Of a DNA stretch of 37,731 bases, positions 27,977 through 37,272 are shown one piece after another. This stretch comes from Candidatus Velthaea sp. (lineage in GTDB: Bacteria > Vulcanimicrobiota > Vulcanimicrobiia > Vulcanimicrobiales > Vulcanimicrobiaceae). Positions within the stretch are counted from its first letter, which is position 1, and each line of letters opens with the position of its first letter. The stretch lies in the NCBI GenBank assembly GCA_050012475.1, contig JBEKHC010000046.1:1-37731 (forward strand), written 5' to 3'. A program made the translations under genes and the position numbers. The notes under the pieces were generated by a model, which ran no database searches, was not told the origin of the DNA, and saw only the letters and a program-made list of their open reading frames with translations.

Positions 27977-28146
27977 TTTCAAGCGAGGCCCGCTCGCCGG
28001 CGACGGGCGCGCCGCCGATGGAGTCGGATCCTGTCCAAGCGAGGTCCGCTCGCCCGTGATCGGGGAGCCACGGATGGAGTGCGATCCTGTTTCAAGCAAG
28101 GTCCGCTCGCCGGTGACCGGCGCGCCGCCGATGGGATGGGGTCCCG
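27977..28146. repeat. Degenerate tandem repeat, three units of 57/56/57 bp
   Basis: Units start at 27977, 28034 and 28090 and share CAAGCRAGGYCCGCTCGCC...GATGG...RTCCYG. Confidence 0.85.
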
Positions 28147-28195
28147 ACCTCGTAGAGAACCTTGGCCGCTGTTGCCTCGCGGACTGGTTCGCGCT

Positions 28196-29080
28196 TTAGA
28201 TGGGGAGGTGCAGCTTGTGCTTGGGGGGCGGTGTTGCAGCGCTGGGTTTGGGCGTCGGGAGCGGTGCGTAGATGCGTACGTCCCCCGCCCCGATGAACTG
28301 CTTGTCGAGTGTGTCGTAGTGCATCTTCGCCGCGGTGGTGCGGTGTTCGCCGTCGAGAACCGTCGCGTTTCCCACGAGATCGAGCGTGTGCGCCGTTTCG
28401 TTGAGCGTCGCGAGATCGGCAAAGCCCGAGCGATTCCCCTGCACGAAGTGGACGTGGCCTTTCGCGACGTACGTGAACGCGAGCTGGTCGGCATCGATTT
28501 CGTCGGCGGTCACCGTCAGCGGCTCGTCGGACTCGCTGGCCTCCGCCATCTCGCGGTCAATCTTCGGGTCGCTGTGCAGTGTCACATTGCCCTTGAGGAC
28601 GAAGACGTGACTGGCGAGACTGCCGGTCAGCAGATCGCCGTCGACATCGGTCCCAGGGCGATGCAAGTGAAAGCGCCCCGCGGCGGTCGCGGCCGATCCC
28701 GGTAAACCGCTGGTCTTCGCGCTCGGCGTGGGGATCGGCAGACCACCCGCTTGGCCCGGTCCGGGCTGAACGGAAGCCGGCGCGCTCGTTAGCGGCGTCG
28801 GCACTTGCGGACTCGGACCGGCTGTCGGCCCGAGGCCGGGTACGGGTTGCCCTTCTGCACTGGGAGCGGCTTCGGATGAGGCGCTCGGCAGGGCTTCGGG
28901 CGGCGCACTTGGCAGTGCTTCGCTCGGGGCGCTCGAGGGAGTTGCCGGAACGGCCGATTGCGGCGCCGTCTGCGCGCGGACCGTTGCGCCGGAAGCGGAG
29001 CCAAGCATTGCCTGCGGAGGCGCCGCGGCCACCCAGGCTAAGGCGGTCGCGATACAAACCGGGCCGACAACCGGGTTCAT
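28196..29080 (-). CDS. LptA/OstA-like beta-jellyroll periplasmic protein with long Pro/Ala/Ser-rich linker
   Basis: Signal-like N-terminus and a ~100-aa low-complexity linker, then repeating strands LKGNVTL, TVTADEI, AKGHVHFVQG, LVGNATV and GAGDVRI. Confidence 0.72.
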   Translation of the reverse strand: MNPVVGPVCIATALAWVAAAPPQAMLGSASGATVRAQTAPQSAVPATPSSAPSEALPSAPPEALPSASSEAAPSAEGQPVPGLGPTAGPSPQVPTPLTSAPASVQPGPGQAGGLPIPTPSAKTSGLPGSAATAAGRFHLHRPGTDVDGDLLTGSLASHVFVLKGNVTLHSDPKIDREMAEASESDEPLTVTADEIDADQLAFTYVAKGHVHFVQGNRSGFADLATLNETAHTLDLVGNATVLDGEHRTTAAKMHYDTLDKQFIGAGDVRIYAPLPTPKPSAATPPPKHKLHLPI

Positions 29081-29252
29081 CGAATTCGGGGGATGCGGTG
29101 ATCCCAGGTTCGGCTAGTGAATTCGGTGAAGCGAAACGTCTTGCAGCCTTTCGCGGAACGCCCGCCCCGGCGACGGCGTTCTCATCGGCCTAGCCGGTTC
29201 GGCGACGTCGTGTTCCCGACCTTGGCGCGTAGTGAAGACGGATTGTGATGGA

Positions 29253-30449
29253 ATGACGACAGTAGCGGAACATGCAGATTTACTTTGCGAGGCAGGCTCG
29301 CGACTGGGGAGCGAGGGCGCGTTCGAAGTACTCGCTCGCGCGCGGCAACTCGAAGCGCACGGCCGGCACATCGTCCACATGGAGATCGGCGAGCCCGACT
29401 TCGACACGCCGGCACACATCAAAGCCGCGGGGATCGCCGCCATCGAGCGCAACCTCACCCACTACGCGCCGTCGGCGGGCATCGCCGAATTGCGCGATAC
29501 CGTCGCCGAGTATGCGGCGCGCTTCCGCGGCATCAGCCCGTACCGGCGCGACAACGTGTTGATCTCACCCGGCGCCAAACCGATCATCTGGAACACGCTC
29601 TCGGCGCTGCTCGATCCGGGCGACGAGCTCATTTACGCCGACCCGGCCTATCCGGCGTACGCATCGGCCGCAACGTACTTGGGCGCAAAAGCGATCCCCG
29701 TGGCGCTGCGCGAAGACCGCAACTGGCGATTCGATCTCGATGAACTGGCGGCCAAGATCACGCCGCGCACGAAAGTCGTCGTGATCACCTCGCCGCACAA
29801 TCCCACCGGCGGCGTGCTCACCCGCGACGATCTCCAAACGATCGCCGATCTCTCGCACAAGCACGGCTTTTTGGTCATGTCCGATGAGATCTACAGCCGC
29901 AACATCTACGGCCCGGCGTTCGTGTCGATCACGCAGTGCCCCGGGATGCAGGACCGCACGATCGTCGTCGACGGCTTTTCCAAGGCCTATGCGATGACCG
30001 GCTGGCGCTTGGGCTATGCGATCATGCCCGAAACCCTGGCGCGAGCCGTCGGCGTGTTCGCCAACAATACGTATTCGTGCGTCGCACCGTTCGTGCAGCA
30101 GGCCGGCATCGCGGCGCTCACCGGCCCCGACGACGCCGTGCTCGCGATGAACGAGACGTTCCGCGCGCGGCGCGACGCGCTCATCGCCGGCCTCAACGCG
30201 ATCCCGAACGTTTCATGCACGACACCTGAAGGCGCGTTCTACGCGTTTCCCAACATCTCCAAGGTCACGCCCGACGACAAGCAGCTCGCGCGGTTTTTGC
30301 TCGAAGAGGCGGGCATTGCTTGCCTGGGAGGATCGTCGTTCGGAGCCGCGGGCGCGGGATATCTGCGCTTCTCGTATGCGGCGTCGATCGCCTCGATCGA
30401 ACTCATGCTGGAGCGCTTGCTCGACTTTCTGCCCCGCTATCCCCGCTGA
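29253..30449 (+). CDS. PLP-dependent class I/II (aspartate-type) aminotransferase
   Basis: IGEPDFDTP, SPHNPTGG, SDEIY, GFSKAYAMTGWRLG and EGAFY motifs. Confidence 0.94.
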   Translation: MTTVAEHADLLCEAGSRLGSEGAFEVLARARQLEAHGRHIVHMEIGEPDFDTPAHIKAAGIAAIERNLTHYAPSAGIAELRDTVAEYAARFRGISPYRRDNVLISPGAKPIIWNTLSALLDPGDELIYADPAYPAYASAATYLGAKAIPVALREDRNWRFDLDELAAKITPRTKVVVITSPHNPTGGVLTRDDLQTIADLSHKHGFLVMSDEIYSRNIYGPAFVSITQCPGMQDRTIVVDGFSKAYAMTGWRLGYAIMPETLARAVGVFANNTYSCVAPFVQQAGIAALTGPDDAVLAMNETFRARRDALIAGLNAIPNVSCTTPEGAFYAFPNISKVTPDDKQLARFLLEEAGIACLGGSSFGAAGAGYLRFSYAASIASIELMLERLLDFLPRYPR

Positions 30450-30512
30450 ACGCGTCGATTGCGCCGGTCCCGGCGGGTCCGGCGCACGTTGAACGCGCAC
30501 TTCTTTTCGCAG

Positions 30513-31523
30513 ATGCAGCAGACCTCAAACCATAGTAAACCGCGTGTCCTGTCGGGGATCACCGCGACGGGCAAATTGACCATCGGCAATTACATCGGCG
30601 CGCTCAGCGTCTGGGCCGAGTCCCAAGGCAGCTACGAAAATTACTTCTTCATCGCCGACCTGCACGCGTTGACGATCCCGGAAAACATCCGCGCGGATGC
30701 GCTGCGCGAACGGATCAAAGAAATCGTCGCGCTCTATCTCGCCTGCGGTCTCGATCCGAAAAAGTCCGTGCTCTTCCGCCAATCGCACGTCCCGGCTCAC
30801 GCGACGCTCGGCTGGATCTTCGATTGCGTCACGCCGGTAAGCTGGATGGAGCGGATGACGCAATACAAGTCAAAGGCGCAGACGACCGCGCCGAGCGCCG
30901 GCCTGCTGACCTACCCGGCGTTGATGGCGGCCGACATTCTGTTGTATCAGCCCGACTACGTTCCCGTCGGCGACGACCAGCGGCAGCACATCGAAATCGC
31001 CCGCGACATCGCTCAACGTTTCAATCATTTGTTCGGTGAGACGTTCACGATGCCCCAATCGATGATCCGCGCCAGCGGCGCCCGCATCATGGGGCTCGAC
31101 GATCCGACGGTCAAGATGAGCAAGAGCATCGCCGAGGCGCGGGACGGGCACGCCATCGGTCTGCTCGACCCGCCGAACAAAATCCGCAAAGCCGTGATGC
31201 GCGCGGTCACCGATTCCGGCAGCGAAATCCGCGGCGACGCGCTGGGTCCGGGCATCGACAACTTGCTGACGCTCTACGAAGTCCTCTCCGGCAGCGATCG
31301 CGAGAGCAGCTTGAACCGGTTCGAAGGTCAGCGCTACGGAACGCTCAAGACCGCCGTCGCCGAGGTGGCGATCGAACGCGTGAGCGTCATTCAAAACCGC
31401 TACGGGCAGCTTCGCGGCGATGAACGCGCGCTCGAAGCGACCCTCGCGCGGGGCGCCGAAAAAGCCGCCGCCGTTGCGAACCAGACCCTCGATGCGGCGC
31501 TGACGCGGACCGGCCTGCACTAG
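30513..31523 (+). CDS. trpS: Tryptophan--tRNA ligase
   Basis: TIGN (HIGH), ADLHALT, YPALMAADILLY, VPVGDDQRQH and KMSKS motifs. Confidence 0.97.
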   Translation: MQQTSNHSKPRVLSGITATGKLTIGNYIGALSVWAESQGSYENYFFIADLHALTIPENIRADALRERIKEIVALYLACGLDPKKSVLFRQSHVPAHATLGWIFDCVTPVSWMERMTQYKSKAQTTAPSAGLLTYPALMAADILLYQPDYVPVGDDQRQHIEIARDIAQRFNHLFGETFTMPQSMIRASGARIMGLDDPTVKMSKSIAEARDGHAIGLLDPPNKIRKAVMRAVTDSGSEIRGDALGPGIDNLLTLYEVLSGSDRESSLNRFEGQRYGTLKTAVAEVAIERVSVIQNRYGQLRGDERALEATLARGAEKAAAVANQTLDAALTRTGLH

Positions 31524-31812
31524 ATTTCGTGACCCACCCCGTTGTCTTCGTCTGCGCCCCGGCAGATTCGACGAGGCTCGACGTCATCGCCGTCGACGAG
31601 GAACTCGCTGATCCATACAGAGACCATGCGGCCTCCCCGTCAAATGCCAGATCATCACCTTGCTGAGGTGATTGCGGCCTGCTCCAAGATCGTGCCGGCG
31701 GAACCGAACCGCACTATGCGAACCCAAAACGGCACCGGGCCCGGACGGATGACCAGACCGTTTGATTCGCATGCTATCCGGTGGTCAACGGCCGATCGCG
31801 GCTGAAATCTAC

Positions 31813-33394
31813 TCATGGACCCTCGTGCCAGAGATACGGCATGGCGATGCGGCCCGCGCCGTCATCGATCTGCACGCCGGGGCGCAGCAGTTCGATATCT
31901 TTGTACCAATAGATGAAGACCTCGGGTACGTCGTCGATCAAGATCTCCGAAGCGCGCTTGTAATCGCGCTTGCGCGTCGCGCGGTCGAGATGCGTAAGCG
32001 CATCCTTCGTGACGCGTTCGTAGGCCGAATTGCACCACCGTGTATAGTTGAACCCATTCGGCGGGAATGCCGTACAGCCGAACACCCTCCGGTCGTTTGG
32101 ATCGACCCCGTTACCGATTCCGGAAAGGTCCAAGTCGAAATTGCCTGATGCGAGCGTACCGTGGGCGGACAGCGGCGCGAACAAAATATTCGCCTGTTGC
32201 GGCGTGATTGCAACATCGATACCGACGGCACGCAGTTGCGCTTGAATTTGAACGGCGTATGCTTGCGACGTCGTATTGCTCGCGACGTAGTAGAGGTTGA
32301 GCGAAAGCACCTTGCCGTCGCGTTCGAGGATGCCGTTCGCAGCCGGCTTCCAGCCGGCGCTCGCGAGGAGCCCGCGGCTGAGCGCGGGGTCGAATGTGAG
32401 CCGCCGGACGTCGGCGTCGTAGGCCCATGTGGCCGGTCCGATGTCGGCGGTCGCGGGAATTGCGAAGTCGCCGCTGATCTTTTCAACCATCGGCGGCACG
32501 TCGAGCGCGTGCGCGATGGCACGCCGCACGCGCAGATCGTCCAGCGGCGGTCGACGGGTTTGCATGGCGAGGCCGAAGTAGCCGTTCTCTCCGAATAGCC
32601 GCGTCGCAACGTCGCTGCGGCCCGCGAACTGACGGGCCGACGTGGTGGCGGCCAGGTAGCTCCAGTCTGTTTCGCCGGTCTGTAATGCGACATTCCGCGT
32701 ATTCTCGCTCGACATCAACTGTACGACGATGCGCTGCAGCTTGGGCTTCCCCAGAAAGTAGCGATCGTTTGCGCGATAGACGATCTCTCGTCCGCGGTCC
32801 CAATGGTCGAAGATGAACGGCCCTGTCCCGACCGGCGCCGCGTTGAAAGCGACGTCGTTCAGCTCGCGTTCCTTCGCCAGGAGATGCGCCGGCAGCATTG
32901 CCTGATCGTATTCGGCAACGAACGGCGCGTACGGCTGGGCAAGGTGGATGACCACGGTAGCGTCATCCGGCGTGTCCAGGCGAGTGACGAACCGGTATGG
33001 GTCACGAAAGGTCACGTCGTTGTTGGGGTCGACGTGTGCACGCTGCGAGAAGGCAACGTCACGGCTGGTGAACGGAGCGCCGTCCTGCCAGTGTACTCCA
33101 CGCCAGTTTGTAGACGATCGTGCGACCGTCGGGGCTGATCCCGCCGTTCTCCCGCGTCGGCACGACTGCGGCGAGGATCGGCTGTATCGTCCCGTCGAGT
33201 TCCGGGCGGGCAAGTGAATCGAACGCGAACCTGGCCAGAAATTCGTCGAGCGTCGACACATCGAGCAGCGGGTTGAGGTTATCGGGCTGGAGCTCGAGCG
33301 AGATGCGAAGCGTGGCCGGTTGCGGATCGGCCCAGGCCGGCGGGGTCAGCGCACAAAGTGCTGCAAGTCCGAGCAAAACGGCGAGACGGCGCAT
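31813..33394 (-). pseudogene. Peptide/nickel ABC transporter substrate-binding protein (family 5), frameshifted
   Basis: The N-terminal ORF (signal peptide, PDNLNPLL, VPTRENGGISPDGRTIVYKL) continues in another frame as RGVHWQDGAPFTSRDVAFS...PVGTGPF. The break is at ~33105 and may be a sequence error. Confidence 0.85.
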
Positions 33395-33418
33395 CGGCTG
33401 AGCCCCGCGGAGCCCCGG

Positions 33419-34186
33419 TTAGGGGACGGTGCGGGTCCCGGCGAACGGGACGCCGGCGGCAAGGCACCCGCGAACGAAGGCTCGCGCCGCCTCGACGCTC
33501 GCGGCAATGGAGTCGCCGCAAGCGAGGCGCGCTGCGGCGGCGCACGCCAGCAGATCGCCCGTGCCGCGCAACGTGGCCGCGATCCGTTTGGCGCTGAGGC
33601 GTGTCACGCCGTCGGCGGTCAGCAACACGTCGGTGGGGTCGCCATCGAGATGTCCGCCCTTGATCAGCACCGCGCCGGCACCGGTGCGCCCCAGCTCGCG
33701 CGCCGCTTCTTCCATCGCATCGACGTCCGGGATCGAACGGCCGAGCAAGAGCGCCGCTTCTCCGAGATTTGGCGTCACGAGCGCACAGTGCGCAAAGAGC
33801 ACCTCGCGCAGCGCGCGAATCGTCTCGTCGTCGGCGAGGCGTTGGCCGCCGGTCGCGGCGATGACCGGATCGCACACGGCCGGGACGCCGCCCAACGAAC
33901 GCAGTCCCCCGGCAACCGCCGAGACGCTGCGCGCGTCCAGCAGTGCGCCCACATGAACTGCGCCGATCCCGGCATCGCGAACGGCCGCGAACTGCGCGCC
34001 GATCGTGGCTTCATCGAGCGGCGTGCGCGCGAGAACCGCACCGGCGTCCTGCGCGCTGACGCCGGCGACGACCGTCACGATCCGCACGCCTAGCAGGGGC
34101 GCGATGCGGGCATCGAGCCCGACGCCAGCCACGTTGAGCGGATGCGTCGTCCCGACCGCCAGCACAACCGGACTTACGAAGTCCAC
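33419..34186 (-). CDS. thiD: Hydroxymethylpyrimidine/phosphomethylpyrimidine kinase-like protein
   Basis: VCDPVIAATGG, LVTPNLGEA, VLIKGGHL and RGTGD motifs. Coupled to thiE. Start at GTG 34186. Confidence 0.82.
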   Translation of the reverse strand: MDFVSPVVLAVGTTHPLNVAGVGLDARIAPLLGVRIVTVVAGVSAQDAGAVLARTPLDEATIGAQFAAVRDAGIGAVHVGALLDARSVSAVAGGLRSLGGVPAVCDPVIAATGGQRLADDETIRALREVLFAHCALVTPNLGEAALLLGRSIPDVDAMEEAARELGRTGAGAVLIKGGHLDGDPTDVLLTADGVTRLSAKRIAATLRGTGDLLACAAAARLACGDSIAASVEAARAFVRGCLAAGVPFAGTRTVP

Positions 34187-34791
34187 GCCGTGACCAGAGC
34201 GCGCGCGGTTGCCGTCACATCGGTTGCGGATGACAGCGCGGAGATGATCGCCGCCATCGCTGCGCCCGTCTCGCGCGCCCGCAGCAGGCACGCAAGGTCG
34301 ATGCCGCCGATGACCGCGGCGGGCAGTGCGGTCGCGGTGACCGCGGCCCGCGCGCCGTTTACACCCAGCGGGGGCCCGGCGTCGGCTTTCGAGGCGGTAG
34401 CGAACAACGGCCCGACGCCCAGATAGTCGATTATAGCCGGGTCGGCGGCGCGCGCCTCGGCCGGCGTGCTGCACGACAACCCGATAATTTTGCCGCGCAA
34501 TCGCTCGCGAACGGCGTGCAGATCGTGCAGCGCGGCATCTTCTTGACCCAAGTGCACGCCATCGGCTTCGGCCGCGGCCTCGACGTCGTCGTTGACGATC
34601 GTCAGACCGCCCGCCGCACGCACCATCGTCACGACCGCGGCGAGCATCTCGTGCGGCACGCCGCGTTTGGCGCGAATCTGGAACAGTCGAATTCCGCCCG
34701 CCAAGAGCGCCGCTACGTACGGCTCGACCGGTTGCCGCTCCGGCTCGACCAAGGCGTAAATGCCGCGCAAAGGGGGCGCTGCGTTCGGCAC
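34174..34791 (-). CDS. thiE: Thiamine phosphate synthase
   Basis: QIRAK, IVNDD, ADGVHLGQED, IIGLSC, DYLGVGPLFATASK and VIGGI motifs. Confidence 0.95.
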   Translation of the reverse strand: MPNAAPPLRGIYALVEPERQPVEPYVAALLAGGIRLFQIRAKRGVPHEMLAAVVTMVRAAGGLTIVNDDVEAAAEADGVHLGQEDAALHDLHAVRERLRGKIIGLSCSTPAEARAADPAIIDYLGVGPLFATASKADAGPPLGVNGARAAVTATALPAAVIGGIDLACLLRARETGAAMAAIISALSSATDVTATARALVTAWTS

Positions 34792-34799
34792 GCGCTGCG

Positions 34800-35648
34800 T
34801 CAGCGTGAGACCGGCGCGCCCGGCTCGGGCGCGATCGCGTCGACATCGACCTCAAACGGTGCGTCGGTTCCGTCGGCAAGCAGCGGCGCGAGCGTCAGCG
34901 CGAACGTGCGCGGCGCGTTATCGAGCGGATCGGAAGCGAACGCAAGCGTTCCGGTATATCGAGCGTCGGGCGGCAAACGCAATCCTTCGAAGAGCACCTT
35001 ATCGGTGAGCGACCAATCCCGCGTTTCGATGAGCCGGTACGGGTGTCCGGCCGCGTCGTGCAAGATGCTTTTCCCGTACGCCAAAATCGTGACGAAGCTC
35101 GAACCGTGGTTGGTGAGCGTGACGACCGTTTCGATGCGCCGGGCGAAGTACGACACTTTTTTCACCCGAACCTCGACGCCGTTTAGCTGCGCGGCGGCGT
35201 TGGTCGCGAACGCGCGCCAGGGATGGCCGGGATCTTTGATCCGCCAGCCGTCGTGTTCGGACACGACGCCGACGGGAACCGTTGCGGTGACCTCGAGTAG
35301 GGCGTCGCGCGCATGATCGCGGAACCGCGCCGTTTCGCGGACGAAAAAGACCCGGCCGGGCGTTTGCCCGCCGCGCGTTCCGAGCAACCTCCAGGCCGTG
35401 ATCGCATACGCGTCGGCCACGAAGATGCTGCGGAAATTCTCCGCATCGCGATAGTATGCGCGCGCATTGGCGTTGAGCAATCGAAACGCCGCCGCGTAAC
35501 GCGCGTCGTGCAAGGCGTGCAAATACGCCGACACCACCGCCGTCTGCGCGTTGTTCGGCACCGGGTCGAGCCCCGCCGGCGCGGCCCGCAGCGGCATCGG
35601 CCAAGCCAGCACGACCGCCACCGCGATTGCGCTGCAGACCGATCTCAC
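34800..35648 (-). CDS. Hypothetical exported protein
   Basis: GTG overlaps the parB stop. Signal-peptide-like N-terminus. No family recognised. Confidence 0.7.
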   Translation of the reverse strand: MRSVCSAIAVAVVLAWPMPLRAAPAGLDPVPNNAQTAVVSAYLHALHDARYAAAFRLLNANARAYYRDAENFRSIFVADAYAITAWRLLGTRGGQTPGRVFFVRETARFRDHARDALLEVTATVPVGVVSEHDGWRIKDPGHPWRAFATNAAAQLNGVEVRVKKVSYFARRIETVVTLTNHGSSFVTILAYGKSILHDAAGHPYRLIETRDWSLTDKVLFEGLRLPPDARYTGTLAFASDPLDNAPRTFALTLAPLLADGTDAPFEVDVDAIAPEPGAPVSR

Positions 35649-36520
35649 GTCGCCGCGTTTTCTCCCAACAGCAAGTCCGCGATCCGCAGCAAATCGGTTT
35701 CGTCGGCGTAGCGTATCTCGATGACGCCGCCGTGTTCGCGCTCGACCAGCGCGACGTGCGTAGCAAACGCGTACCGCAAACGATCGAGCAACGCTTCGTT
35801 ATCGCTCGAATGCGTCGTATGCTGCGCGGGCGCCGCTGCTTTGCGCGTGCGGGTCGCCGGCCGCCCGAGCTCTTCGACCGCGCGCACCGTCAGCCCGTCG
35901 CGCACGATGCGTTCGGCAACGCTATCCCGCCGCTCCGGCGTAAGCGCAAGCAGTGCGCGCGCGTGTCCTGCGCTGATCGCACCGCTGCGCAGCAACGCTT
36001 TGGCACCATCGGGCAGCCCCAGCAGCCGCAACGTATTGGTCACCGCGGAACGGCTACGCCCCAGACGTTCTGCGACACGCTCTTGCGTGAAGCCGTACGC
36101 TTCCATCAAGTGCGCAAAGCCCATCGCTTCTTCGAGCGGATCGAGGTTGTCGCGCTGCAGATTTTCGATGATCGCGACTTCGAGTGATTCGCGTTCGTCG
36201 GCTTGACGCACGATTGCGGGAATCGTTTCGAGTCCCGCCGCATTCGCGGCGCGCCAGCGCCGTTCGCCGGCAATGAGCTCGTAGTCTTCACCGCTCGTCC
36301 GAACGATGATCGGCACGAGGACACCGAACTCCGCGATCGACGCGCGCAATTCATCGAGGGTCGCGGGATCGAATGTCTTGCGCGGCTGATTGCGATTGGG
36401 AACGATGCGCTCGAGCGCAATCTGCACGAGGCCGCGCGGCGGCGGCGTCGTGACGTCCGTCGTCGGTGCGTCACCCAGCAGCGCGCCGAGCCCGCGGCCC
36501 AATCCGCGCTTGGGCGTCAT
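35645..36520 (-). CDS. parB: ParB/Spo0J chromosome partitioning protein
   Basis: [34 protein letters not shown] and [17 protein letters not shown] motifs. Confidence 0.96.
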   Translation of the reverse strand: MTPKRGLGRGLGALLGDAPTTDVTTPPPRGLVQIALERIVPNRNQPRKTFDPATLDELRASIAEFGVLVPIIVRTSGEDYELIAGERRWRAANAAGLETIPAIVRQADERESLEVAIIENLQRDNLDPLEEAMGFAHLMEAYGFTQERVAERLGRSRSAVTNTLRLLGLPDGAKALLRSGAISAGHARALLALTPERRDSVAERIVRDGLTVRAVEELGRPATRTRKAAAPAQHTTHSSDNEALLDRLRYAFATHVALVEREHGGVIEIRYADETDLLRIADLLLGENAAT

Positions 36521-37272
36521 TTGATCACCTCACGCGCAAGCGAAAGATACGCTTGCGCGCCGCGCGATTTGACGTCGAAGAGGACGGCCGGCTTGCCGTA
36601 CGACGGCGCTTCGGACAGCCGAACGTTACGCGGGATTTGCGTCGCAAACACACGATCGGGAAAATACCGCGAAACTTCTTCGAGGACTTCGGTGGCCAAA
36701 CGCTGACGCGCATCGAACATCGTGATGAGCACGCCGAGAATGGTCAAATCCGGATTGAGCGCTTCTTTGATCCGGCGCACGATCGTGGTCAGTTGTGAAA
36801 GCCCTTCGAGTGCGTAGAACTCGGCTTGCACCGGAATGATCACTTCGCTTGCGGCGGTGAGCGCGTTGACGGTGAGCAATCCCAGGGACGGCGGACAGTC
36901 GATGAGGACGTAGTCGTAGCCGGATTTGATGGCGGTCAGCGCGGCTTTGAGCCGTCCTTCGCGCCGCAGCGTCGACACGAGTTCGATTTCTGCGCCGGCC
37001 AACGCGAGCGTCGCGGGCGCGATGGCCAAGCCCGGCACGCCGGTCGTCAGCACGATGTCCGCGACCGGCGCGTCTTCGAGCAACACCGAGTAAATGTCGC
37101 GCTGCACCTCGCGCTTGTCGACGCCGACGCCGGTGGTCGAGTTGCCTTGGGGATCGATATCGACGATGAGGACGCGCTGGCCCAGCGTGGCGAGCGAGGC
37201 GCCGAGGTTGACGGCGGTCGTGCTCTTGCCGACGCCGCCTTTCTGGTTCACGATCGCGATGACGCGGCACGT
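36517..37272 (-). CDS. parA: ParA/Soj ATPase (start codon unresolved)
   Basis: [17 protein letters not shown] deviant Walker [25 protein letters not shown] and [12 protein letters not shown] motifs. Homology extends upstream of the GTG at 37251. Confidence 0.95.
   Translation of the reverse strand, partial: TCRVIAIVNQKGGVGKSTTAVNLGASLATLGQRVLIVDIDPQGNSTTGVGVDKREVQRDIYSVLLEDAPVADIVLTTGVPGLAIAPATLALAGAEIELVSTLRREGRLKAALTAIKSGYDYVLIDCPPSLGLLTVNALTAASEVIIPVQAEFYALEGLSQLTTIVRRIKEALNPDLTILGVLITMFDARQRLATEVLEEVSRYFPDRVFATQIPRNVRLSEAPSYGKPAVLFDVKSRGAQAYLSLAREVIK

Noticed and set aside
27977..28146. Possible CRISPR array
   Set aside because: Units are similar along their whole length with no unique spacers, there are only three units, and no cas genes are present.
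27684..28705. Plus-strand ORFs 27684-28199 and 27938-28705
   Set aside because: They run through the tandem repeat or lie antisense to the LptA-like gene, and their composition is not protein-like.
31524..31812. Short ORFs between trpS and the ABC binding protein gene
   Set aside because: No convincing motif or start signal. Possibly a gene remnant, but unsupported.
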